DNA of 64,000 nt, taken from positions 248,001 to 312,000 of the forward strand of contig NW_002060954.1 of assembly GCF_000150275.1 (NCBI RefSeq), given 5' to 3'. This document shows positions 39,447-53,500 of this stretch, piece after piece. Source of the stretch: Trichoplax adhaerens (Eukaryota; Animalia; Placozoa). The notes beneath the pieces are model-generated. The model saw only the letters and a list, made by a program, of their open reading frames with translations. It did no database searches and was not told the DNA's origin. Made by a program: the position numbers and the translations under genes. Position 1 is the stretch's first letter. Each line of letters begins with the position of its first letter.

Positions 39447-41553
39447 TGGCATGAGAGGCCATTTATATTTTCTACATGGCCAGTAACAGTAGTTATAAAC
39501 TTACACATGTTCTTGAGCTATTACTACAGTTCTTGCAGTGATTCGCGCATTCGAATTAAATTACCCATACTATACCCGGCCACCTGCCCTTATATAGGTT
39601 TGACTTAAATACTATCAAAGAAGCAATTTTAAACGTTACCAGTAGTACCATGCCTGCATAGTACTAATCTTGATCAGTTACTGGACTGTATGATGCACAT
39701 TATCAAGGGAAATTGTGATAGGATTATGATCCTCCTTTTACTGGATCATCATGTATTTTCATAGTTCATCATAATGCCAAGAGATGTTCTTCCTTTTATA
39801 TGTAGTTAATTTATTTAAACTATTTTTCTATAATATTAATTTTACCATTAAATATCTCATACAAGGCAAATTTGTACTTAGTCACACAATGTAAAAGATA
39901 CCATACTTTTCATATTGCATGATAAACTTGTACTCGTAGAATAAAACATAAAAATCCATACTGACTATTGTTACTGGGCAATTACTAGGAGTTACCAGTA
40001 TACTCGTGTAACTCCTTCACATGAATATCTTAATAAATACTTACATATATAATTAATATACATTATTTATAGGCGCGGAACCGACCTTATACGGTTTAAT
40101 AAACTGAAATACAATAATTTATAGCTGGTATCACTTCATAATAACCTGATCTATATGCATTACTTAAAGATACAATAAATCTGTTCGTATGAATATTTAA
40201 TAGTTATGTTCGCAAACTATTTGCAGAATAGATATAATACGATAGAGATGAAATGAAATATCTGAACTAATTAGGAAAATATTTTATGCCGTACCGATTT
40301 AAAGTGATATCAAGAATTAAATAAACGGCCATTATTCATAGCTTCTGTAGATACTTACGGTATATTATTTAAATAATAGCGTTTGCCAACACAAAGAAAG
40401 ATTTCTTAATTCAGGAATTAAAGATGAAGGTAGCATTCTCTGTACTAGCAACGAAATCGTGATAGAAACTTTTTACTTAGTGACTTATACTGCACACATA
40501 CTACAATTTGTATGATGATCCAATAACGTATAACGTATAGTACTTAAGTAAAGTAGAAAATTTTGTTCTTGATATACGTATACGCGCATTATAATAAAAC
40601 TGCCCTAGTTAAATAGCTCGGTGTTCTATTGGTCATCCAGCAACAATCATTTCGTTCTCATTCATCTTCCACCAATCCACATTCTTCTAATTATGATATG
40701 TGTATATTACGACTGATAAGAGAAGCAATCTAAACAATTAATGTCAATTTCCTATTATTATTGAGTATTGTCAAAATTTACTATAGCAATACCTGTACAC
40801 CAAAAGTATAATAACTATTTATTTACCAGTGGAATCGATTTCACATATGCCTTAAGTGCATTAACTTCCAAAAGAGAATGATAACAATTCCTACTATCAA
40901 ACCATATTCAAGCATTTTCTTCAATTTGATCTATCCATAATCATAACATATTGCTACGTACCAATCTTTCTAAAAGCACAAAGTATTTATGCTTGATACG
41001 TTTTGTATCATTAACGGTCTCCTGTAACGAAATTACCTTGACGGATCAGACACTACACTCTAATTGAACCTATCATTCATTATCAATCAATTTATATCAT
41101 GTCCTCTTCCAGTTGCGTATAATTTCATGCTACTTTACGTTGCTTCAGAATGAATTTGCTAGATATAAATGGCGTCTGCCTCAAGATTTAACTGTTAATC
41201 GGGTTATTTTCACAAGCTTAACGGTAAATACGACGAATGCATCTAACCTTACGCCTATTTTTCATCAAAGAATTTTCGATCGTATATTACTCTTGGATGT
41301 TTGATTGCATTTTCATCCTGATTTTCTTTAATTTCCATCTATGGATTCTACTCAGCCAATCAGAATCATAATCAACGTTTACTAAAATCCTAAATTTTCA
41401 ATGCAGTTTTTCTTTACTTGGTCGATACGGTAATAGTTTTGACTCCTAAATAGCGATTTTGCGAAGAGAACAAAGAGAAAAGAAATATTCCGTATAGTTA
41501 ATATAATTTAAAAGTTTGTATTCAGCGCTTTTATTATAATCGATTTGTCAACG

Positions 41554-44500
41554 ATGCTGATCAAAGAATATAGAATTCCTTTGCCGCTTAGTGTCGAGGA
41601 ATATCGTACAGCCCAACTTTATATGATTCAGGTAAATATCATAGCCTTGTTTATCTCTTAGTATACTGTATAATCTTAAGTTAAGGATTGCAACAACTGT
41701 TTAGTTTTATTTAATTTCTCTTCAATCATGAACGTAATTAATACACACGTAGGCTAATAAAAGTAAAGGAGTCGTCCTAAAGCGAGATATCAGTTTCATT
41801 TACACGTTCAGTGATTTTAAATGTTTCGAGATTAAAATTCCCAGAGGCCCTACTTCTCGTTCTGATATTTCATTATTCAATTAATGCTAATACCTTCGCC
41901 TTAGCGAATTTATTTATTTCATGGTTATAATAACTATAACAAATAAATGAAAAATTTTATGAAACTACAGATGGAATCCTGTTAAATCTTTTTAACGGTG
42001 CTAATTTTGTAGCCAAAAATGTATGGATCGACGTTTAACTTCTATACGACTTATTTATCAGTCAGGTACAAAGATTAATTCTATTAGTAAATGACGTAAC
42101 AACTAGGTACTATAATGTAGAAAATAGTAGGACAACTAAGATTTTGAGATAATACAGGAATTAATAATCTTATTACAGAGGAAATCAAGCTAAATCGTAC
42201 AAGAATTAGTCTACTTTAAGATCCATTATTGATTCTATCTAGTTTTGTATCCACTCCTATGACAATATTCTGTCAACACAAAAATTTACCATAGCATGTT
42301 TCCCAAGCTTTAGCACACGTTAGCAACTATTATGACTGCCGCAAAATTTTCTATTCCTTATTGAATGAATCTTACGTAAGATATCACAGTACTCGAAATT
42401 TAACTTATCAACTAGGTTAATTTAATAATTACAGAATTTAAACCACGTTTCTGGAATTAGTAGTTTCGGAATTGATTAGGGTCTAATTAAACAATTAAAA
42501 AGAAGTGTATAAAATTAGGAATAATCATTCTTCATCGTATTGCATATCATTTTCCAGTACTAATCAGATTAAAAGGGTAATAAATTAAGATATGTTTATT
42601 GTAGATCAGTGACTGTCAGAGGAGATAAAGAATGAACTAAATACAGATCTGTGTCTCGCTATATAAAAGATATGTTATTACGTTGCTCTTTCTGACATTT
42701 CATTTACCTTAAGGTACCTTACTAGTTCTTGATTCTGTATAGGTACCCGTATTAGCAGATTTACAAAATGAAGTTACTACAAATATGATTGCGTAGCATT
42801 TTTAAAAAATTTTCCAACCCATACATCTAAAATATTTAATTCCAAAAAAGCTTTTATCATCAACAAATTAAAAAATATAATACGCCTGTATTCCATCGCG
42901 CATTGCTGACACTGAAGATATTTAATGTAGATGTACAGTAATACGGTACGGAATTTATGAAGATACAAGCACGGATCTTGCTTTTATGAGCGTCATTTAC
43001 CTATCATACTCTCTTCCTAAACGAACCTGTTACCTTTTAATAGGTTTACGAAGTATTATGAGTAACTGCTTAACAATTAAACTTATGATTAGCATTTAAC
43101 CCGTTGAAATAGGTGTATACTAGGAGAGCAGCCAGTTTGATATGAGTCACTGTAATCAATTGATTAGCATTAATGAAAGCAGATTGTGTTCATATTAAAA
43201 AAGATGTAGCTATTTGGAATTTTATGAGAACACGGCGGCAGGATTACTAGCAATTATAAAATGCAAATACTCTTAAACCTTTATTATAATTTTCTATTTG
43301 TAACTTTACCCTTATTTCAGTTACGACTCATATACTAACCTACCTTTCATTATCAAGCCTGTTCAATCGCATTACTGAAAAATTATTGATATATATATAC
43401 ACTTGCTAAAAGAGATCAACATTTTTTACTCCGCCAAAGCTTGTATCGTATTCATCCACATTTATGCATATATCATATTATAATAATATTAAACCTAATT
43501 TGTTATATGTAAAACAAACGGTAAAAATTTTATCTAAGTCACAGAATAGTGAATTATCATTACGAAGATTAAGAAAGTTAAAATTCATACCTTGACCTGA
43601 AAAATAAACGCTGATTACAAAGAAATGTAATGATTAAGTGTGTAGGTTAGTAAAATTTTGATCGAATAAGAGTACTGGAGCAGAAAAAATACGTAGTAGA
43701 ACTTACACTTAGCATTTAGTCAAGCTTAGATAGCGTTCAATTTTAAGGACAATATGAATAAACTGCGTGCAATACCATACCATAACCACCATAAAACATG
43801 AAAATTTAGATTATAATGTTACCAAAATAAAAGGAAATAATCATTCAAAAATCAATTAATTCTAAAGATCGATAAAAATAAGAAAACATGCCTACCTTAA
43901 GCCGAAATATGCCGTCATAATCATATAAACAATAGCTTAAAGATTGACGTGATGTCGAATGATTTCTTTTCTATATTCAAATAAAGTTTTGTTTATTTTA
44001 TTTTTATGAAAGCATTATGTTCATCGTTGTTACAGTACCGTCGTACTTAATCCTATTAACAGAATGGAACAGGGTCTTGTATCTATCCTTTGTAAGTTTT
44101 AGATGAATAGCCCTGGCACGACAAAAATATACCAGTAAACTACACGATAAAATCCAAAAGAGGCGATATCCTATAATAAACAAGAAATAGCATGTCGTAT
44201 TGACTTTCCTAATAGAGACGATGTTAATTTACCGTTAAATAAGATTAAAAATAATCGTTGAAAGCTGTCATGAAATTACTTAATTTTCATTTAATATTAT
44301 TTTGATATAAAAAATCAAGATAAAAAGTGAAATGAAAATAGCTGAACTAATTTCTGCAAAATGTGTTGTAGTTATTATAATAAAAATCAATATATAATGC
44401 ACTTATAGCTAGGTAGATGAACTATTGTAACTCATTTTTACAACGCTACTTCTTATAAATATATAAAGATACTGCTATGGAGAATTTTAGTTTTATTTTT

Positions 44501-47500
44501 TCTTAATAAGTTTTCGATAGCAGACTTCGAATTTATATTAAAATAACGGAATTTATAAAAAGATAAAATGTTCATCTTTAACACATCATTATAACAAATT
44601 CACTGATAGCCATAAAAACATACCCTCTCATATCGCGAATACCTCGGGAAATGAAGCCTGAATAAAATTATACTATTAATAGAATTCGTCAATTCATTAA
44701 TTCCTAGGGTTCAAATGTTCGTATATCCTATCTATGTAATAACTTGGCATAGTAAAAATTGTTTTTTAAGCCAATTAAACATATAATTCGCATATCGTAT
44801 AACATAATTTTTTAGTGGCAATACATAAATACAGCTGGTGATAAAATCGGTTAGTTACAAATAAGATATTATGAAAGCGTAAATATTACTATAAAGTGTA
44901 ATATTATCTTCTTTAAGTAGCGTAAAGTATTTTAAGGTAGACGATGATAGAAGGTATAAAGGATTTTATTGAGATACAAGTTACAGGCTAACAATGATAT
45001 GGTTGTTATAGATAAGGTATTTGAGATAGCAGGAATGTAGGAACTGACTAACGAGTTAGCGTACAAAGGTATTTATAGGTTTTAGATGGGATTGAGATAA
45101 TGTCTTTATATGTATAGCATGTCGTCTATATGTGGTCATGATGTCGTACATTATGAATGTAATACAATACAGTACTTAAACGGTATATGATAAGTATTCG
45201 TATATTAGGATATTACTATACTAGGCATCTTCTATATAAGATCATAATGTTACATAAAGCACTGGTATCTGCTCATTGATTCACAGTAGCTAGTGTATCC
45301 TGGATGGAAGTATGGTATTTAAAATAACTCCATAATTTCCTTTTACCACTCCAGTAAATTTTTTGGTCTATTTTAAGGCTAGTTTCAGTAAGATCTGGAA
45401 CTAGTAGCAGTTTATCATCTTCTGCTAAGGCTCGGTGAAAACTGGATTAACAATTTGGCAAAAAATAAATGGTTTAATCTATAAATTCCATAGTTATTTT
45501 GGGGATGATTTCACCATTTTTCTAAACAAAAATAAAAAATTAAAAAACTTTACAACAATGCTTCATACGCCATTAAACAGTAGTTTAATTCGATTTAATC
45601 TTATAAAATTTTAATCATCTTAGTATCACAATTATCGAAATACTTGTATGAAAAAGCAATATACGAGAAAGAAGGTCATTATAACAATTAATACTTGCAT
45701 TAATTATTATTTTAAAATGTTAGTAAACGAAAATGAAATGTACCATCATGTTAATTACAATTTTCAAATAATTTATGCCTTGGATGATTTCCTGATACTT
45801 TTACTAAGGCTTAATTATGGCTTATTATTAATCTATTCTACGAATAAGTAAAAGAATTTTGATTAAAACTGATCTTGATTCTGATGTGATTAGTAATACC
45901 TAAAACCAAAATTTTATTTGTAGCTTTCCCAATAATTCCAGGTTTTACAACTTATAAAGGCAATACTAAATTATTTTCGATAAATATAGAAGTGCAACAA
46001 GCTTATACTGTGATCTGTTATCTCTTGAACCAATTAGATTATAATTAACATTTTCCTTTGTGGTATTACATTTTCATAAAAGAAAAAAAGTAGATTAGAA
46101 AGTAAGGATAAAAGCGACGGTGTTGAAATTATTGAAAATCGTCCATATGAAAATGGACAATATACAAAGAAAATTTATCACATTGGAAGCCATTTGCCTG
46201 CTTGGCTGAAGGCTATACTACCGAAGTCAGCTTTAAACGTTGAAGAAGAAGCTTGGAACGCATATCCTTATACTAGGACACGATACAAATGCCCTTTTGT
46301 TGAAAAACTGATTTTGGACATTGAAACTATTTATACCGATGATCATGGTACACAGGTAGAATCATAACTTAAACAAAACTCTAAGTTTTCTGATATTCTA
46401 TAGCTTGAAAATGTCTAAAAGTTTCATCTAAATGAGATGTTGAGTTTTGTAAGCGTACTAGGTTAGTATCCATTTAGCGATAGTATGAATAGCCTTTCTA
46501 TTACTGGATGTCATAAACAATTTCTTATATTTATATTCAAATTATGACCATCTTTCATATCAACTTATTAGATATCACCGAGAATATTAGTTTCCCTTGC
46601 ATTGATAATCATTATACATAAGCGATATTCATTGTAAGATAATGTGAGATAGTAAGACCCGATTTATTTAAATATTAGCTATGACATCAGATAAATTCAT
46701 ATAGCAATTTCAGATACCAAATACATATATGTCTACTAGACTGATAATATTCTTTGTACGGTATTTTGAAGGGGTGTAGAATATGCAGTACCTACGTTTA
46801 TCATTATTTAATCTTAAGAAAGTTTTACAGTTCTACTGACCCAGTTATTTTTGAATCCATGCGAACAATTAGCAGAAATACGGACATAGTTTTATATTAA
46901 TATGAATAAAGTCTATCGAGACACTGGGTAACCTTATTTTAATAAATTCTATAAAATAGTCTAGTTTTATTAGGTTGCTGATTCTAAAATGTAAGGCATC
47001 TGGTTAGATAGTAACGCAAATCCTTTTGATAACTTGAATGTAATACATTCTCATCAGCAGTAACAATTAGGATCTTAATTTAAAGAAATTTAGTAATATG
47101 CGTGATTGTTCATATACTACTGAATAGATCAGTCAGTAACAATTCCAGTTTGGTCAATTTGCATGTTTACAGAAAAATTGTTATATTCTAACTTCAGCTA
47201 GATTTTAATTTCATTGCGCAAGTGTAAATATGAATGATCTTGAGCATTTTATTTCCTACTCGTGAAGAGTATATCTTTATATACTGTCCTCTAGATGATA
47301 AGACTCAAATATCCCTTGTAAATAAAGCCCAGCTTTAAATATATGCATATTAAAACAGATAGTATTAACGCCATGCCATTAAGACGTATAGAATATCTCA
47401 GCTGTATGCACATATGTTATTTATCTAAAGAACTCGTCTACCGACTTGAAACCCGTTATTATAATATAATTAGTGGCAACTTTCATATACGTAATACGTG

Positions 47501-50500
47501 TATACAATACCTGATTATAATAATCAAAAAATTCTACGAAAATACGGTTGCATACGATATCTGTACTTGTAATTATCGTGATACAATATTAGCTCTTGGT
47601 ACAATAATGCATCACTAAAAAAGAGAACAAGAAATATATCACAAGATGCTCAGTTGGACAAGCAAAAAATTTACAAAACAAGTAAAATGCTATTTTTTTG
47701 ATTGAAGGACAACGTATTTAAATTATCAGAAACTGAACTGAGAGCTAGAATCATAGGTATGCCATAGTATGATATGACGCGTATTAAGTAGAATATTTCG
47801 AAAACCTTAATAGCAGAAGAGAGACTACAGAAACATTATTTATGCATGTGAATGCGCTTGGCTGCATAATTTAATATAATGTATAATGCTGTTAATAATT
47901 ATACCTCAATAATCCTAAATATGTAGATATAAATATGTGGTATATTGCATAAATAATTTGTCATTTGATTATTTTGATCGCTTAAACTGCTTTATGCTAC
48001 CGGTAAATTGGCTATTTTACGTAGTTAAGTGAAAAGTACTAGTAAAGATTAGTTATAGTGCAAATAGAATATTCGTAACTAATACGTTATAAGTGATAAA
48101 TTACTACTACAAACTATGTCTTGCTTTATTATTAACTATTAGTGTGAATGCAATTATTTTATTGAACTAATCATTCTATTAACAGATCATGTTAATGTGG
48201 TTTGTGATAAAGTACCTAATAGTGAATATAAGGCAGAAGAAGATCCTAAGTTATATCAATCGACTAAAACAGGTCGCGGACCGCTTAAAGAAGATTGGCT
48301 ACAGAGTTATGAGCCACAATATGCTGGAAAGGCCTGTTCATCATCAGTTATGTGTGCGTACAAATTATGCCGAGTTGAGTTTCGTTACTGGGGCATGCAG
48401 ACTAAAATCGAATGGTTTATACACAACATTGCAATTCGTAAAACCTTAGTTCGAGCACATCGCCAAGCTTGGTGTTGGCAAGATGAATGGTTTGGCTTAA
48501 CTATTCAGGATATTAGAAAGCTAGAAGAAGAAACTAAGCTATTATTATCTAGTAAATTAATTGGACAATCACCAAATTTAAGCGATCAGGCACAGCTAGA
48601 CATCAACGATCGAGATCAACATCCTTTAACATCGGTTAAAGGTAAAAACGACTTAAAAAACCTGTACCAGCCAGGATCTACAGAAGTCACGACCACTAAA
48701 GCAGATATATTCTACCAAAATCAGCCTCCTCCAAGTAATAGTACACCGAAAAGTAAAAATATCTCAACAAATAAAGCTGATGAAGAGATTAACGGCAAAA
48801 ATACGTTAATTCCTGCAGATGAAGAGAATGTCTTGGGGAATATTCCAACGAGATCCAGTATAGCAGCCCTAGGAACCACTGCAGGTTAGTCTGACATGAT
48901 GTACCGTTTAATTCGGAGTGATATAAATATCTTTAATATCGTTTTTGCAAAAGAGATTAGATCCTTACCATTGCAATTGTTAAGGATAGTAATGAAGTGA
49001 ATAAAATGAAAATGATTAAAATACTGGTATCATAACTATTAGTAGCTAAATAGATAATTATAACTATTTGATTTTAGCAAGAACACTAGGTGAAGAAGGA
49101 CAGAGTAGTCCATATTTACCCGTTAGTCGTCAATCTATCCGATATGAGACTAACAGTACTCTAGCTGCTACTGTGCAGGTTCTTAAGGATTGGCGATTAA
49201 ATAATATTATGCAAGATACAGATGACTCTGAAGAAGAATATTTTGATGCGCAAGGTACCGTAACGCTAATGATTAGTAACAGTACAGTAGTATTAACACG
49301 GTAAATTAACTTTACTGTTCCTTATTATATAAAATACTATTTTACTAGATAATATTGCCGATCACGATGCTATGGATGAGATTAGACTATCCCAAATGAA
49401 AAGTTTAATCTCTTTAGCATCGATTGAATCAGATGAAGAAGATACTACTGGATCATTTACTCGTGACTCAAGTCAAGAAACCATCGCCCAAGAATTTTAT
49501 TCCCCAAACAAATCTATAAGTGCTAAGTCTATCAAGTAAATTACATATTTGAATCACCGATGTAATAAAGTAGGATCGATGAAATTAATATAATTAATAG
49601 TAAATCGATATTTACTAAATTTAGATAGCATTTACTTATTAAAACATGTTACGTGGATGGCAACTTGAGATATAAACTAATTTACATTTCCTAATCTGAT
49701 TTTCATTATATTATAACAGACGATCGCAAGGCAATGATTATACTGCTTCGAATACTACATCTTCGTCAAGTTTCTCTTCTGAAGGGCCAACATCATGTCT
49801 TTATAAGACACTTGTATTGGTAATTCACGGAGGTAATAAAGTATAGCTCATTTTTTGACAAACTGTAGCCTTATTGGAATTGTAAAATTGCCCTTACGGC
49901 GATAACATAAAGGGTAACGGTGAAATTGTATGACTAATTGAGAGTGTACTTAATGAAAGTGTTAAATAATTATAAATTTTTCTTTTTATGGTTCAGGGTG
50001 CTTATTGGATTCTAGACTAGATTACGGTTCACAACAGTCCGATTATCAAACGTTTGAAGTTACGTTTAATTCAATAATTAGATCCCATTATCCATTTGCT
50101 GAAGATAGTATTGCCACTAGGCTAGTTCCGTGCCCACCAATATGTGCTTCAGCTCTTTCAATGCTAGCTGCTACAGAAACCCTCTGCAATCGGATGCGTA
50201 AACCTTCAGAAGCGAATGCTGCAGCCGTGAATTTTAGCGGAAGTGGCTTATTATTTTTAGAAAAAGGTTAGTATGACTATTCCTTCCTCAATTTTTTAGA
50301 GTGTATTTATAAAATCATCTTTACCTCGCTGGTACCATCGAATTTTTAGCTATTTTAAAAATTATCGCGAGAGTGACCACCTTTATGATCCTTATAAATC
50401 TGTTACCCTATTCTATTAGGAACGCTCATCTTAGAATATTCTTATTTCTTCGGATGCTATTGAATTTATGTTTCATAGTTAAGAATAGAATAACTCTTTG

Positions 50501-53500
50501 CGTATTTCATTGATTGAGATACATCAAGCTAAATTGTGATCGTTTATTCTGATTCCATGATATACGCTTTAATAATGAAGATTTTGCTCCACTGAGTGCC
50601 ATTCCAGTATTAGCTGTGAATTCATCTGAATATAATAACGCCATACCAGCATTAGTAAATCAAGCAAATAGTGTATACCAAGATTTTATTAACTCGAATG
50701 AAGGTAGAGGATTTCATGGGAAGGTAGGTTCATTGTTATAAATCATTCTTTAGCTAAGTAGTGCATCAGTTGTAAAAGGCTGTAATACTGTGTTTATCTC
50801 AAAAATTGAATAGGAATAAGGTATTTGTTACTCATTTGAGGCGGTATTTTATGATAATATCCAATATTAACTTATTGTTATGGACTTATGAACACTTTCT
50901 TAAGCACACTAATATACTTGTAAATTAAATTTGTATAATATAGTATATCTCATACGGATTTTAATTAGCTAGCATTTGAATATCAAATACGTTCAATAAT
51001 TTATACAGTAAAAATAATATTTATGACAAAATCATAGATAATAATGATAGTACACGATAAGTAAAGTGGTTACAAGCTTACATATATACATAAAATATAA
51101 TGTTGACTTAGATTTATTTGTAGAAGCTAAGTTATAAAAAAATCAAAGTTCAATTTAACAAGAAAGTACCGACGAATTAATCGGTTTGGTAACTAAAATG
51201 CCATAATACGCACGTATTGGACTATCTTATTTCAGCCAATTAAGATTCTCCTTCAGCATTGATTTTAGTTTTTTCTAATAATTATATGTAGTTGTCTTGG
51301 TACTTGTAATTACTATCATCTAAGATCATTTTAATGATAATAATTCTAATGTAGTGTATTCAGAATATACTGTAACTATATTCTACTCTTAAATATAGAC
51401 ATGTTGTATTGATCTTATATTTAGATATATCTACAGTCTGTTCGCTCTACATTCAAATATGGCTTACTACATTTAGTTATTACAGTCCTCACTATTTTCT
51501 ACAATCATCTGCTATTCTATAACCTGTTATGGCATATGTTGTATCTAATCCTACAATCACGTTCTCTGCATGTGTTCTAATGCCATAGCTATAAATACCG
51601 CCGTTTTCTACCTTATTTGTTAAGTTGCATTATTGGTCACAGTTAGTATTCACACTTTACTCACGGCAGCTACCACGCTGACCTACCGTAATTATCACTC
51701 TGAACCTAACTACTATCTACAATAAAGTATCCTCTTTGCTTAAGCTCCTTGTGCAATTCTTTGCATGGTAACTAAAACCACATTATCTGACTCTTCGAAC
51801 CCTCCATCACATCTAAGATCTTTGAGACTTCGATATTGCCTTATTTACATCTTCTAATACCTGTAAATCGCCTATCTTTTATCCATATATTATAATGAAG
51901 CTGATACAGAAATTAGGCTGTGATCACACGATTTTCTATATCTTCTATCCATTCCTATCTGTCTTGCTCTTGCTTCAGTTATGATTATGAATTGCCAATA
52001 TAGTATTATGTTATCAACTGTTATAACGATTTAATACCGTAAATCTCTAAATTGGATAGTGAATTAATACGGATTAAATTTTAGGTATGCATGGTGTGTG
52101 ATTCTATGGGAGCAATCATCGCCTATGACGCTTTAATTAATAATGCTAATCCTTCTCAAGTATCATCGACGGATACCAGCCCTAGAACACCATCGGTTAT
52201 ACCTACCGTTACCATTGAATCTACATGCTCAAGTCCATCAAAAGTATCGTCCAGTTTTAGCCAAATGGAAATCTCTTGTGATGCAAGTTATGCTTCGAAA
52301 CACAGAATGAGATATAACAGTGATAGTGGTTTACCAAGACATGATTGGTACTTTCAATCTGGTTATTCAAATAATCATCTTGGGTCTAGTAACCAGTCGG
52401 GAGAGTGCAGTTACGCATTAAATAGCGATGGTGAAATAACAAAGATACCGGGTAAAATTGGTAGTTCTCGAAGTTCCATATCAAGAACGAGTTATTCCAG
52501 TCAATGTGGCGAAGTTTATTTCAGTTTCGATGTTGCTGACTTCTTTATGCTTGGTTCACCAATTGCCATGATCTTGATTATGCGGATATTAAAGCAACGT
52601 TCAATGACCGATAACGGTATTCGAGTTTTAATTTGTATTATATGTATTACGCACAATTTAAGTAAATGTATTATTACTTGTCCTTTTATAATACTTTTCG
52701 TCTACATTGTTCATGCAGTTCACTAACTTTGATTATATGTTTTGATTAGTTCCTGGCTGTACTCTATTGCGACGCCCTCCTTGTGATCAAGTTTATAATC
52801 TATTTTATCCAATAGATCCTATTGCTGAACGATTGGAACCTGTACTGTTAGGACAGTTTTCTAATATACCATCTATCAGTGTAGTTCGTTTTCAACAATA
52901 TCCTTTAGGCAACGGAAAGTTACATTATTTTAAGGATGCTGTTTTTGATAATTCTCAACTATTTTGGCCCCCTACTGTTAATCAATCGATAAATAACCAA
53001 TCACCTGTTATGCAGTCTGAGATGACTTCTGAAAAAGGTGCGTCAATATTAAATCAGGATTATCGTCATAGTGAAATACCAAAACGTTCAGATGAACCTT
53101 CATCTTTTGATATTCTCTCCAATAGTAAGTGAGAACAATAATTATTCGCTTACGGACGTAATAGCCCCAATTAGATTATAGCTACTAAGTGAAATCAATT
53201 TTTGAAAATCAGTTTTAACTAGGTGGTGGGGAAATAAACGCCTAGACTACGCTCTTGATTGCCCAAAATCGTTATTCGGGTTTCCAGAGGCAGCAATTCC
53301 TCACATGTTACATTCAAGTTATTGGGAATCCTACGATGCTGTGGCTATGATTATTCGTCAAGTTAGCGCCAGCATTTATTATTACTAATTCTATCAAATT
53401 ATAAAATAAAATGCAAGCTCGATCCTTAGTATCTACAAAGGGAATATGAAATCAATTTTTAGCATAGTTAAAGTTTATATTGGTCAAACAATATGGTCCA

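Noticed and set aside
40250-44352. Similar 23-mers gaaatgaaa(a)ta[t/g]ctgaactaatt at about 40250 and 44329
   Set aside because: Short and AT-rich, with no extended flanking similarity that I could see. It cannot be told apart from chance without a search.
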